Positions 30,690 through 40,609 of a DNA stretch of 64,000 nucleotides are shown piece by piece. The DNA is from Armatimonadota bacterium (GTDB lineage: Bacteria; Armatimonadota; Hebobacteria; CAIYQO01). The notes under the pieces are model-generated. The model ran no database searches, was not told the origin of the DNA, and worked only from the letters and a program-made list of their open reading frames with translations. Numbering within the stretch: position 1 is the stretch's first letter; every line of letters begins with the position of its first letter. The stretch lies in the NCBI GenBank assembly GCA_038248345.1, contig JBBRXO010000003.1, positions 13,546 to 77,545 of the forward strand, written 5' to 3'. The translations under genes were made by a program, and so were the position numbers.

Positions 30690-31718
30690 TTACAGATATA
30701 CTACCTGTCCAGTTTGTTCTGCTACTGACATGGCCTGCATTACTGTAATAGCAGCCACAATTTGTGCTGGTGTTGTGATATCTTCGCTGACTTCACCACG
30801 TACCCGTTGGGCGAAAAACTCCCAGTCGTATTCTCCGGCACGATAATGGATAATCTCTTCAGTCACTCCGTCATCTGTGGAGAGGGTGATGTGGCTTACT
30901 GGATGATCATCTTGTGATTTAGGGCCGGTATGATAATAGATTACGCCTTTTGTTCCTCCGATGGTCAAGGCGTTCTTATACATATCCGGACCTCCTACAA
31001 CAAACGACGCCATAATATTGATAATTCCACCGTCAGCAAAGCCTATCGTCACGCTAGCATTGTCTGGAGTTGGGCGGTGCGTTTCAATGCGTGCATGGGT
31101 TACCTGTACAGATTTGGGGGTATCAAAGATGGTCAACAATCCATTCAAAGGGTAAATACCGAGACGAAATATCGGGGCGACCGGGCACCGGGCTGGGTCA
31201 TCGTACCATGTGCCATCGGCGGGTGTCGGCCCATAGTATGCCCATACATTACTCTGCGCCAGCACCGGACGCCCGATAGCTCCGCTATCTATCCAGCGCT
31301 TAATAATTGCCATCTCACCAAATGGACGCATATTGGGCGAATTGAGATGCACCACCCGCCCAAGTGATTTTGCTTCCTCAAGCACAGCCAGCCCCGCTTG
31401 TGGATCAATTTCAAACGGTTTCGTCGTCATTACATCTTTACCGGCATTAATGATTTGTCGGATAAGTCCGGCGCGCCCACTAGGGCCGGTATATAACCCG
31501 ATGGCATCAATTGCTGGATCGGTAAGCATGTCGTCCAGACTATTCGCCACTATTAGGCCGTAATCTGCCGCACATTTTTCCGCTTTCTCGCGATCCAGAT
31601 CACAGACATGCGTTAATTTCACCGGCAAATCCTTGTCGGCCATGAGCATATCGACAACATGATGGCCGAAATTAAGCCCCACAAGTCCTAATCGGATCGG
31701 ATTATCGTTAGATTTCAT
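30690..31718 (-). CDS. Gfo/Idh/MocA family oxidoreductase
   Basis: IRLGLVGLNFG Rossmann fold; AGKDVMTTKPF. Confidence 0.88.
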   Translation of the reverse strand: MKSNDNPIRLGLVGLNFGHHVVDMLMADKDLPVKLTHVCDLDREKAEKCAADYGLIVANSLDDMLTDPAIDAIGLYTGPSGRAGLIRQIINAGKDVMTTKPFEIDPQAGLAVLEEAKSLGRVVHLNSPNMRPFGEMAIIKRWIDSGAIGRPVLAQSNVWAYYGPTPADGTWYDDPARCPVAPIFRLGIYPLNGLLTIFDTPKSVQVTHARIETHRPTPDNASVTIGFADGGIINIMASFVVGGPDMYKNALTIGGTKGVIYYHTGPKSQDDHPVSHITLSTDDGVTEEIIHYRAGEYDWEFFAQRVRGEVSEDITTPAQIVAAITVMQAMSVAEQTGQVVYL

Positions 31719-31916
31719 AGTAAACTCCTTCGAGGTTATTAGCCAGTAAAGATATTTCGCCGTCGTAACTTGTATACCTGCTAGATATCAACTGTCAGTA
31801 CAAATAAGGAATAACCGTGATTTCATCCAGTAGCAACGTATGTCGACATTGCGGTATAAACTATTATGGTATAGTTGAGCCAGGAAGAATGTGAAGATAT
31901 GAGGTGAATTACACTA

Positions 31917-32185
31917 ATGCAAATCAAACACAAATATCGCACTGTATGTTCCATGCTACTAGTTATGGTGTGCGCAATCGCAGGTAGGGTGCAGGATGTG
32001 GATTGGCGAATACATGACGCCGGGTGCAATCGCTGATTGTAAATGCTTCTTTCGCTGATGCACGTGTGGGTTGGGCCACTGGTCTTTGCAATATCATTTC
32101 CACCAGTGACGGCGGGCAGACGTTGAGTACACAGTGGTCGAAGGGCGGGCTTACTGACGACCATGGGAGGTGTGGGAATGAGTAG
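31917..32185 (+). pseudogene. Remnant of a secreted YCF48/BNR-repeat protein
   Basis: GAGGTG RBS and a signal-peptide-like start, stops at ~32035-32042, then a shifted frame reading SFADARVGWATG..IISTSDGGQT. Confidence 0.55.
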
Positions 32186-32215
32186 AGTTTGACTATATGG
32201 ATGATGACCACGTTA

Positions 32216-33316
32216 TCATCCATATATATCTACCGCTCGTTGTTTGAACTCCTGATAACAGTTTCCGCCATCACCTGGGAATCCGGCATGTTGCACGAGG
32301 AATATGGTTATTAGCCCAAGTTTTTTATTGACTTCCATATTTGTCGAGACCGCGCCACTATGACCAAAGGTGTTCTCACCGATGTCCCAGCCATATCCGT
32401 AGCTTTCCTGCCATGTTGGGTCGGTATGGCGGGTGGTCATTTTGGTAACGGCTGCTTCTGAAAGATAGCGGTTCCCGGCATATATCCCACCATTTAATAT
32501 CATCTGGCAGAAGACAGCGCAGTCGCTGGCTGTGGAGAAAAGACCACCGCCCGGCATCGCAAAACGGCTTCGATCATTAAAGGGGTAGCGCAACTGAACA
32601 AGCAGATGTTCTTCAATGCCTTTTCCATCAGTGGTGGGACGATAGCATTTCGCTAGTCGTCCTATCTGTTCGTCACTGGGCCAGAAAGTTGTGTCCTTCA
32701 TTCCAAGTGGGTGAAAGATGCGCTCATCCAGGAAGGTCTCATAGGGGATACCACAGACCACTTCCACAATGCGTGCCGCAGTATTAATGCCCGCATTCGA
32801 GTATTGGTATTTGCTACCAGGAGCAGATTGTAATGGGGTAGCCGCATAGCTGCGCACGGTAACGTGCAACGGCAGCATATCCCGCGTCGGACCTTCTATT
32901 GACGTGCTGAAGGGTAGTCCGCTGGTGTGGGCCAGTAGGTGGTGAACCGCGATGGCAGGGGAGGGTCGAACAAGCAGCTGATGCTTATTGTCCTGCTCGG
33001 CGACCTGCCACGCATCATTGTACTCCGGCAGGTACTCCGCGACCGGAGCTTCTACATCTACTTTACCTTCATCGACTAGCATCATCAACGCAGTAGCTGC
33101 TATTGGTTTCGACTGTGAGGCGATCCAAAACAACGAATCGGACTGCATGGGAGCCTGCGCTTTGACATCTGCATATCCAACAACTTCCAGGTCAAGCACG
33201 GTGTCAATATCAGCCACCAGTAGTACTGCCCCGGCTAATTCGTGTCGATCTACGTAAGGCTGCATGAGAGCTGCCAACATGTTGTCGGATCCAGTTGAAT
33301 GAGGACTATAAGCCAT
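32216..33316 (-). CDS. Serine hydrolase, beta-lactamase class C-like
   Basis: FWIASQSK (SxxK), LLAHTSGL, YQYSN, GGGLFST and FGHSG. Confidence 0.9.
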   Translation of the reverse strand: MAYSPHSTGSDNMLAALMQPYVDRHELAGAVLLVADIDTVLDLEVVGYADVKAQAPMQSDSLFWIASQSKPIAATALMMLVDEGKVDVEAPVAEYLPEYNDAWQVAEQDNKHQLLVRPSPAIAVHHLLAHTSGLPFSTSIEGPTRDMLPLHVTVRSYAATPLQSAPGSKYQYSNAGINTAARIVEVVCGIPYETFLDERIFHPLGMKDTTFWPSDEQIGRLAKCYRPTTDGKGIEEHLLVQLRYPFNDRSRFAMPGGGLFSTASDCAVFCQMILNGGIYAGNRYLSEAAVTKMTTRHTDPTWQESYGYGWDIGENTFGHSGAVSTNMEVNKKLGLITIFLVQHAGFPGDGGNCYQEFKQRAVDIYG

Positions 33317-33351
33317 AGAATTATCTCTGCTGTGGGATTCGTCTAAATACT

Positions 33352-33386
33352 ATTATCTGCAGGGATAAATAATCCCTGCAGATAAT
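33352..33386. terminator. Perfect 15-bp stem hairpin
   Basis: ATTATCTGCAGGGAT-AAATA-ATCCCTGCAGATAAT. Confidence 0.6.
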
Positions 33387-33425
33387 CAATGTCTTTGTTT
33401 ATAGTTGCTGCTCTCGTCGTAACAG

Positions 33426-34856
33426 CTATTTGGTAAGTTGGCTGAAAGCATCTGCCGGTATCTTCTGGTTTACAACGTTTGGCCCGCTGTAATAAACGTC
33501 CAACGCGTATCCGCCACCCCCCTGGTGGAATACTACTGATATTGGATGTTTCCCCGCTTTCAAAGCGATAGTGCCTTGTTGCACTACTGGCCCGTGCATA
33601 CCTTCATTATTCACCACCAGCTTTTCTCCAATGAAAAGTTTGCTTCCGTCATCAGAGTTCGTGCTGAAGGTATACATTCCATTAGTAGCTACCTCGATAT
33701 ACCCAGAATATTTCACGGCGAAATTCACTTCGCGTTTGCGCATAGCCAGATCGATAGTTTTAGTTGTACCACTGGCGGTTGCGGTCAACGCGGGGAAGTC
33801 AGGAAGCCCTTGCCAGTCCCCTTCATAATAATCGTAGTTAAGACCGGGAGTAGTAGTAACTATCACTGGCTCACGTGGGATTTCTTTGGTGAATGTAACC
33901 GTGATGACACGACTGTCAGGTTGTCCGTCCATGGCGGCGTAAGCTTTGACGGTGGTAGTAGCATCAATAGTTACCGGTTTGGTGTAAAGCGCTGATTTTG
34001 TATTTGGTTCCGTGCCATCGAGCGTATAGTAGATATTGGCGCCTTTGGCGCCATTTTGCATACGGACGTTGATGATGAGCGTTGTTGCGTCTAGGAAACT
34101 TCCGCCCTTGATGCCTACAGAGAGCGGAGCGCTTTTCATCGCAATCAGTAAACTTTTTGCCGCTTCTTGCGCTACCAGCGCATTGCCTTCGCCACTGAGG
34201 TGTACGCCGTCGGCAGTTAACGCCGGATGCTTTTCGCCACCGGCAGTAATTGTATCAGCAAAGGCGAGCCGAAGATCGCAGAGCTCCACATTCATATCAT
34301 TGGCAACTTTGCGACTGATATCAGCATACTGATCCAATTGCTTGTCGTTTGGGTTTGTTCCCATCGGTTTTTCGCCGATGACCGTTGGTGTGGCCAATAC
34401 GACTTGGATTCCCTGTGCTTGGAATTTGGTGATAAGATCGCGTAAGCCAGCTTCAAATGCATCAGGCTTGGTACCATTTGCGCCGTGCCATACATCATTG
34501 ATGCCGATATAGATGAAGACCACGGTCGGATCCTTTGACAGCACATCACGATCAATACGTGCCTGCAAATCAGGAACCTTATGACCGGAGATACCTGCAT
34601 TAATAACTGTTACTGCAGGATGACCAGCGGCCAGAAAAGCTCCGCGGAGTAAACCTAGATATCCATTGGGGCCATCACCACCTGCTGTAATGGAGTCGCC
34701 AAAGCAAACAATTCGATCACCATCAATAAAAGGGGTGCCGGGCTGGGTGAGGGCAGCCAACGGGGCCGGAAGTACAGCTTGTGCCTGGGCTACCACGGTG
34801 ATAAAGCCGAGGGCAAGGGCACAGCAGAACAGAGGGAACCATGATTTTAGTCGCAT
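33426..34856 (-). CDS. Secreted SGNH/GDSL esterase with FN3-associated and PA14 domains
   Basis: FGDSIT, NAGISG, GINDVW and DGVH; IYYTLDGTEP; SDDGSKL (PA14). Confidence 0.9.
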   Translation of the reverse strand: MRLKSWFPLFCCALALGFITVVAQAQAVLPAPLAALTQPGTPFIDGDRIVCFGDSITAGGDGPNGYLGLLRGAFLAAGHPAVTVINAGISGHKVPDLQARIDRDVLSKDPTVVFIYIGINDVWHGANGTKPDAFEAGLRDLITKFQAQGIQVVLATPTVIGEKPMGTNPNDKQLDQYADISRKVANDMNVELCDLRLAFADTITAGGEKHPALTADGVHLSGEGNALVAQEAAKSLLIAMKSAPLSVGIKGGSFLDATTLIINVRMQNGAKGANIYYTLDGTEPNTKSALYTKPVTIDATTTVKAYAAMDGQPDSRVITVTFTKEIPREPVIVTTTPGLNYDYYEGDWQGLPDFPALTATASGTTKTIDLAMRKREVNFAVKYSGYIEVATNGMYTFSTNSDDGSKLFIGEKLVVNNEGMHGPVVQQGTIALKAGKHPISVVFHQGGGGYALDVYYSGPNVVNQKIPADAFSQLTK

Positions 34857-35051
34857 ACGAACTCCTTATTTTTTGTTAGATACAGCATTAGACACCGGAT
34901 CTGCGATACATTACTGGCATATTGTCGCATTATTCAAAAGTATATGCAATATTTACGATTTGCTCTATAAGCCAGAATTTGTCTGTTTACATTGAAGATT
35001 GCTCTATGGTACCATGAAATACATTCGATACTTGTACAGAAAGGAGAAATT

Positions 35052-35699
35052 ATGAAGCAGTTATTTTTGCCACGCGTGACGGATTTTACCGTAACCGGCG
35101 ATGGGTCAAATCCGGCATGGGACTCCACAGCCTGGGAGACGATAACTCGTGTTGGTGGAGAAAGAGCTTACGCTACCCGCGCCAAGTCGGTCTACTCTAC
35201 CACCGGGATATACTTTCTGGTAGATTGTGAAGATTTACAACTCACCTGCTCATTGACAGAGGATTTTGCTGACCTGTACGTTGAAGACGTAGTGGAGGTG
35301 TTCCTCTGGCCAGATGAGAAAACCCCCAACTATTTTGAGTATGAGATATCACCGCTTAATGTGGAGTTGCCTATTATCGTTACAAATAATGAGGGCGTTT
35401 TCCATGGCTGGTTACCCTGGCATTTTACCGGTGAGCGCAAAACTCGCAAAGCAGCAACTGTCACTGGCGGTGAGCAGGCATCAATGGCCTCCGTCACGGG
35501 GTGGTGTGTTGAGTTCTTTATCCCCTTCGCGCTACTCACCGGATTAGGCAATGTACCCCCGACACCTGGCATGACTTGGCGTGGTAACATCTATCGTATT
35601 GACTACGACGCCAGCCCAACACACTGGGCTTGGGACCCGGACACAAAAACGAATTTCCATGACTACGAGCACTTTGGTGAACTGGTCTTTGGCGAATAG
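35052..35699 (+). CDS. Carbohydrate-binding family 9-like protein
   Basis: AAGGAG RBS; DVVEVFL..YFEYEISP..VEFFIPF..WRGNIYRID..FH. Confidence 0.85.
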   Translation: MKQLFLPRVTDFTVTGDGSNPAWDSTAWETITRVGGERAYATRAKSVYSTTGIYFLVDCEDLQLTCSLTEDFADLYVEDVVEVFLWPDEKTPNYFEYEISPLNVELPIIVTNNEGVFHGWLPWHFTGERKTRKAATVTGGEQASMASVTGWCVEFFIPFALLTGLGNVPPTPGMTWRGNIYRIDYDASPTHWAWDPDTKTNFHDYEHFGELVFGE

Positions 35700-35714
35700 G
35701 CGAGAGGTATAGTA

Positions 35715-36890
35715 ATGACTAAACGTGAACGTTTTTTAGCAGCTATGACAAACAAGGTGCCTGATAGAGTACCGGTGGCGCCTGATTTCTCCAATTATAT
35801 CCCGGCCCGTCGTACCGGGCTACCATTCTGGGATATCTATTTTAATGGTACCATCCCACTCTGGCAGGCGTACCTGGATACAGCCGATTATTTCGGAGCG
35901 GAAGCCTGGATCGCGTCGTGTTTCGGGGTGCCATTATTAATGGAGCCGACTGCAACGGAGTATCACCATGAAGATATTTTCGATGCGAGTAATGACGCCA
36001 TGATACGCAGGTGGACCATGCGGACGGCACTGGGAGAACTGGATGGGCGCGATCAATGTTATCGCTACGATCCGCCCTCACCAGTGGTAAAGCCCATTAA
36101 AGAGTTGGAACGCGACTTCCCGATCTGGAAATCTGCGCAATCATTACCACGTGCGCTAGATATGGCTGTTTGGGACGAAGTACGTGCTGCGTGTGAACAA
36201 CGAGAGCAAGCATTCGGTGCTACCATAGGGTATCCTGGCTTTCAGGGATGGATGGGTGTGGTAGAAGATGGCATCATGCAATTGTCAGTAGCAGACATGG
36301 AGACACCAGAGCTACTTGAAGAGTGGCTGGAATGGGATATGGCCGTGGGTACACGTGCGATGGAGCTTCTTATCGCCGCCAAGCCGGACTATATCCTATT
36401 GGGTGGCTCCGGTACCATAACCTTATCTTCACCCAGATTAGCCCGCAAGTACGCTTTGCCCGGGTTAAAGAAGTTCTCCCAGATGGCCAAAGAAGCGGGT
36501 ATCCCCACCATGGTACACAGCTGCGGCAAGTCAATGGCGCTAGTAGAGATGCTGGCCGAAGAAACGGATGTAAATTGCCTCAACCCATTGGAGATTCCGC
36601 CAATGGGCGATGCCGATCTGGCCAAGGTAAAACGTAAGTATGGACAGCAAATAAGCCTGATGGGTAACCTGCATACCACTGAAGTTATACTCCATAGTAC
36701 TCCCCAACAGGTGCAACAAGCAGCAATCCAAGCAATGAAAGATGCCGGGCAGGGTGGGGGATTCATCCTCTCCACTGGCGACCAATGTCCACGTGACACC
36801 CCCGATGAAAATATCTTCGCTTTAGTAGAAGCAGCACATACCTTCGGTGTTTATAATCAAGCCACAGGAACGTTGACGGAGTTATCGTAA
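35715..36890 (+). CDS. Uroporphyrinogen decarboxylase-family (MtaA/CmuA-like) protein
   Basis: MTKRERFLAAM..PDRVPVAP, HSCG, LMGNL and GGGFILSTGDQCPRDTPDENI. Confidence 0.88.
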   Translation: MTKRERFLAAMTNKVPDRVPVAPDFSNYIPARRTGLPFWDIYFNGTIPLWQAYLDTADYFGAEAWIASCFGVPLLMEPTATEYHHEDIFDASNDAMIRRWTMRTALGELDGRDQCYRYDPPSPVVKPIKELERDFPIWKSAQSLPRALDMAVWDEVRAACEQREQAFGATIGYPGFQGWMGVVEDGIMQLSVADMETPELLEEWLEWDMAVGTRAMELLIAAKPDYILLGGSGTITLSSPRLARKYALPGLKKFSQMAKEAGIPTMVHSCGKSMALVEMLAEETDVNCLNPLEIPPMGDADLAKVKRKYGQQISLMGNLHTTEVILHSTPQQVQQAAIQAMKDAGQGGGFILSTGDQCPRDTPDENIFALVEAAHTFGVYNQATGTLTELS

Positions 36891-36934
36891 AGTTGAAGTA
36901 AGGTTGAGCAATAGCAGGACTGGCGATGAACCTG

Positions 36935-38251
36935 TTAAACATCATACCGTTTCCGCAGCCCGTTCTGTGGATCACCTATCGGCGTTCGTTGCGCTGACCC
37001 CAGCAGGGCCGCCCGCGATATCGTCAATTCCCCATAGCGGTCGTTGATGGTATCCAGCGCTCGCTGCAGCGATCTTTTGCTCACCAGGTCTTCCGTCAGC
37101 GACAACTGCATCGGATGCTTGCCCAGTTCGCTCACGCTGACGTGCAGTTGGATCACCGGATGCGGCAACTGCCCCACCGGCAGGAAGCGCTGCGCCGCCT
37201 GGTAGAGCACCTGGCTGTCATCGCTGGCCTCCGGCAACCGGTAGCGCCCGCCGCGCCCGCGCTCCTCCTCCGGCCCCAGCTCCCCCGCGTAGGCCACCCA
37301 GCAGTGGAAGACGCGCCCGCGGTAGCCCCCCCGGCGCAGCCGCCGTCCTACCCGCTCGCACAGTCGCAGCAGCACGCTGTCCACCTCCTCGCGCCGTGTG
37401 GCGGACACCGGCAGGGTTATTGAATGCCCCATCGACTTCTCCGCTGCCTGCCCGTGATACGGGTTGACGGGGGAAAGGTCTATCCCCTGCCCCCACAGCC
37501 AGTACAGGTGGCCCAGCACCCCAAACTCACGCACTAGCCCGGCGCGTGGGAAGCGCCCCAGTTGCGATACCGTGTAGATGCCCAGCTTCGCCAGCCGCTT
37601 CGCCACCCGTGATCCAATGCCGCATATATCCATCAGCGCAATCTGCGGCAGCAGCGCGGGCACCTGCGCTGCCGTGACGTGGGTGATGCCATCCGGTTTG
37701 TGGAAGTGCGACACCAGCTTGGCGATCATCTTGTTCGGCCCGATGCCGATGGAGGTGGTGACAGTCTCCCCCAGCGCCTCACGCAGCGCCCGCTTGATGG
37801 CCTGCGCCAGCATATGCACATCGCCGAACTTCCCCACGATCTCCGTGACATCCATGAAGGACTCATCGATAGAGAACGGCTCCACTTTGTCGGTGAAGCT
37901 CGTCAGCACCTTCAGCGCACGCGTACACAGCTCCACATACATGTCCATATCGGGGCTAACCAGGATGATATCGGGACAGAGGCGCAGCGCGTCGCTGACA
38001 AAGGTACCTGTTTTGATGCCGCGTTTCTTCGCCTCCGGCGAGGCGGCGATGAGCATCGTCCCCCGCGCCGGCCCGCGTATCCCCACCGGCCGATCGCGCA
38101 ACGGCGGGTACGCCTGCTGCATACAGCGCGCGAAATAGGAATCGAAGTCCAGCAGAAAGATGACCCGCTCCTCCACCGCCTCCGGGCAAAATGCCGCCTG
38201 CGCCTGTGCCTGCAAACTACTCTTCATCGCCGCGCGAAATCCGGTAACCAT
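36935..38251 (-). CDS. dinB: Y-family DNA polymerase IV (DinB-like)
   Basis: LDFDSYFA, ASPEAKKRGIKTG, SIDESFMD, GIGPNKMIAKL..KPDG, GIG and KSMGHSIT. Confidence 0.92.
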   Translation of the reverse strand: MVTGFRAAMKSSLQAQAQAAFCPEAVEERVIFLLDFDSYFARCMQQAYPPLRDRPVGIRGPARGTMLIAASPEAKKRGIKTGTFVSDALRLCPDIILVSPDMDMYVELCTRALKVLTSFTDKVEPFSIDESFMDVTEIVGKFGDVHMLAQAIKRALREALGETVTTSIGIGPNKMIAKLVSHFHKPDGITHVTAAQVPALLPQIALMDICGIGSRVAKRLAKLGIYTVSQLGRFPRAGLVREFGVLGHLYWLWGQGIDLSPVNPYHGQAAEKSMGHSITLPVSATRREEVDSVLLRLCERVGRRLRRGGYRGRVFHCWVAYAGELGPEEERGRGGRYRLPEASDDSQVLYQAAQRFLPVGQLPHPVIQLHVSVSELGKHPMQLSLTEDLVSKRSLQRALDTINDRYGELTISRAALLGSAQRTPIGDPQNGLRKRYDV

Positions 38252-38257
38252 GCAGTT

Positions 38258-38286
38258 ATTCTACTGCAAACATCTGTGTGTGTAAA
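38258..38286 (-). promoter_or_regulatory. Leaderless sigma70 promoter of dinB with a possible degenerate LexA box in the spacer
   Basis: Minus strand reads TTTACA-N17-TAGAAT-N6-ATG; the spacer contains ACAC-AGAT-GTTT (compare GAAC-N4-GTTC). Confidence 0.55.
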
Positions 38287-38397
38287 GTGGTGATGCGGGG
38301 ACATTGGGCGGTAATTTGTATTTTTCTTCACAATGCATGCAGGAGTATCGCTTGCAAATGTCGTAATTGTAAATATCCAAAGTTAAGGAAGTGTAAT

Positions 38398-40536
38398 ATG
38401 CCAATTTCGTACCATTCTCATCATAGTCCTATCGGCGCGAATGCGTCGTTTACTGTAGGTAAGTTCTTCGGTGGTGGAGGCTTTGCTATTGATACTGGCA
38501 AGCCAGCGAAAGAGGATGTCTACGTAGGTATCCGCCGTGGTAATGGCCCGGCAGTGAGCCTGCCGTTTTTTAAAAGTACCGATGCTGCCAATTTGGATAT
38601 TTTCCTGGTAGAAGGCGCTGCCGAGCAGCCGAATGATGGCATCCAGATACTCGCCTTCCCGGAAGAGCAGATATCGCGTCAACTGGGGTGGGGGACGGAC
38701 ACCTGGACAGCCCCGGGGGTGACATTCCGCCTCATCACCGCTTTTGATTCTATTCCAGACCCGACAAGTGCCCCGGCAGATGATGTTAAGCTTGCATTCG
38801 TCCCGGCTATCATTGCCGAGGTAACCTTTGACAATTCTACGACCACAGAACCAGCTACCGGATTCTTCTCCATCGGGGGCGCGTCCAAATCATTGCGTAC
38901 CGTCGATGATGCCACCGGCGGCGCAGGTCTCACTGGCGTTGCTTTTCAGCGCGAATGGGGGATGGCTGCTTCCCCTGCTAGTGGGGCACTATCCTTCGTA
39001 CACTTTTCCCTCGCTGAAGTGCTGGGGCAAGCGGAACCGGAGACTTTCCGCCTGGGTGCCACCGGCGGTTTGCTGGTCAATCTGGCAGCCGGTGAGGTGA
39101 AGACACTCACCGTAGCACTCGGTTTCTACGAAGGTGACTATGCTACCACTGGCATTGATACACACTATTTTTACACCAAATATTTTACTTCCCTGGAGGA
39201 AGTGCTTAATTTTGCGTTGGATAATGCCCCGAAGCTCATTGCCAGGTCCGAGCAGCGCGATGCTGAACTGAAAGCAACGAAGCTGAACGACGATCAGAAG
39301 TTCATGATTGCGCAGGCCACGCGTAGCTATTACGGCAACACCGAGTTATTGGAGAATGGCGGCAAACCGCTATGGGTGGTGAATGAAGGTGAGTATCAAA
39401 TGATGAATACCTTCGACCTGACGGTGGACATGCTTTTCTATGAGTTACGCTTCAACCCGTGGACAGTAAAGAATGTGCTCGACCAGTTCGCTGAGCGGTA
39501 CAGCTACTATGACAAGGTGAAGCACCCGGACGAACCGGGTGTATGGTATCCGGGCGGCATCGCCTTCACTCATGACATGGGCTCACTTAACCAGTTTACC
39601 AAGGCGAAGCATTCCAGCTATGAACGTACTGGGTTAGACGGTTGTTTCTCCCATATGACGCATGAGCAGTTGAATAATTGGGTGCTTTGTGCCGCACTCT
39701 ATGTAAATCAAACCGATGATGAGCACTGGCTAGTGCGTCGGCGTTGTATCCTGAAGGAATGTTTCCAGAGCCTGCTTAATCGTGATGGGCGTACGCCAGA
39801 GGAATATGATGGCGTGATGAACCTGGACAGTTCGCGCTGCGGTGTTAACGGGCAGGAGATTACCACCTATGATTCAATTGATGCCAGTCTCGGGCAGTCT
39901 CGTAATAATCTGCACGTGGCGGTAAAAACCTGGGCAGCTTATCTCGCCTTGAAAGCGATGTTCACACGCCTTGGTTTGCTTGATGACGCGCAATCATGCG
40001 AAGAAGCTGCACAACGGACAGCTGCCACCGTGGTCAGTAAATATCTGCCGGAAGAAGGTTTCATTCCGGCGGTATTCGAGAATGACAATCGCTCCGCCAT
40101 TATCCCGGCTATCGAAGGTTTGGTCTTCCCCTATCTGCTGGGCGATTTTGATTCAGTGGCCGTAGATGGACGTTTCACTGAGCTTATCCAGACATTGGTG
40201 AAACACCTGCAGACCGTCCTCGTTCCGGGTGTCTGTCTTGATGCCGAGGGACACTGGTGGAAGATGAGTTCTGCCTCGAATAACACCTGGTTCAGCAAAG
40301 TGGCTATTAGCCAGTTCATCGCCCGGCAAATATTGGGGTTTGATTTCGGGGCTGAAGGCCTGGTTCACGATCGTGCTCATGCTGATTGGCAACGAATCGG
40401 CTCCACAGAGTGGGCTATGTGTGATCAGATTGTAAATGGCATCGGGTTGGGGAGTAGATATTACCCGCGCGGCGTTTCCGATATCCTTTGGTTGGAGGAG
40501 TCAGTGGAGACAGCGGTACTGACGCCAAAGAAGTAA
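38398..40536 (+). CDS. Glycoside hydrolase family 52 beta-xylosidase
   Basis: HHSPIGA..FTVG, WVVNEGEYQMMNTFDLTVD, FTHDMG, CFSHMTHEQL, EITTYDS and GSRYYPRGV. Confidence 0.93.
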   Translation: MPISYHSHHSPIGANASFTVGKFFGGGGFAIDTGKPAKEDVYVGIRRGNGPAVSLPFFKSTDAANLDIFLVEGAAEQPNDGIQILAFPEEQISRQLGWGTDTWTAPGVTFRLITAFDSIPDPTSAPADDVKLAFVPAIIAEVTFDNSTTTEPATGFFSIGGASKSLRTVDDATGGAGLTGVAFQREWGMAASPASGALSFVHFSLAEVLGQAEPETFRLGATGGLLVNLAAGEVKTLTVALGFYEGDYATTGIDTHYFYTKYFTSLEEVLNFALDNAPKLIARSEQRDAELKATKLNDDQKFMIAQATRSYYGNTELLENGGKPLWVVNEGEYQMMNTFDLTVDMLFYELRFNPWTVKNVLDQFAERYSYYDKVKHPDEPGVWYPGGIAFTHDMGSLNQFTKAKHSSYERTGLDGCFSHMTHEQLNNWVLCAALYVNQTDDEHWLVRRRCILKECFQSLLNRDGRTPEEYDGVMNLDSSRCGVNGQEITTYDSIDASLGQSRNNLHVAVKTWAAYLALKAMFTRLGLLDDAQSCEEAAQRTAATVVSKYLPEEGFIPAVFENDNRSAIIPAIEGLVFPYLLGDFDSVAVDGRFTELIQTLVKHLQTVLVPGVCLDAEGHWWKMSSASNNTWFSKVAISQFIARQILGFDFGAEGLVHDRAHADWQRIGSTEWAMCDQIVNGIGLGSRYYPRGVSDILWLEESVETAVLTPKK

Positions 40537-40609
40537 GTGAAGCTCATTTCGTTGTAATTCGCTAAAACCTATGCTAGGATGTGTCTGGTAAATATATGGG
40601 GGGATATAG

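Noticed and set aside
37115..38293. Long alternative-frame and antisense ORFs over dinB (also over ruvB, pyrD, hyd and der)
   Set aside because: Shadow ORFs of GC-rich coding sequence with no recognisable motifs
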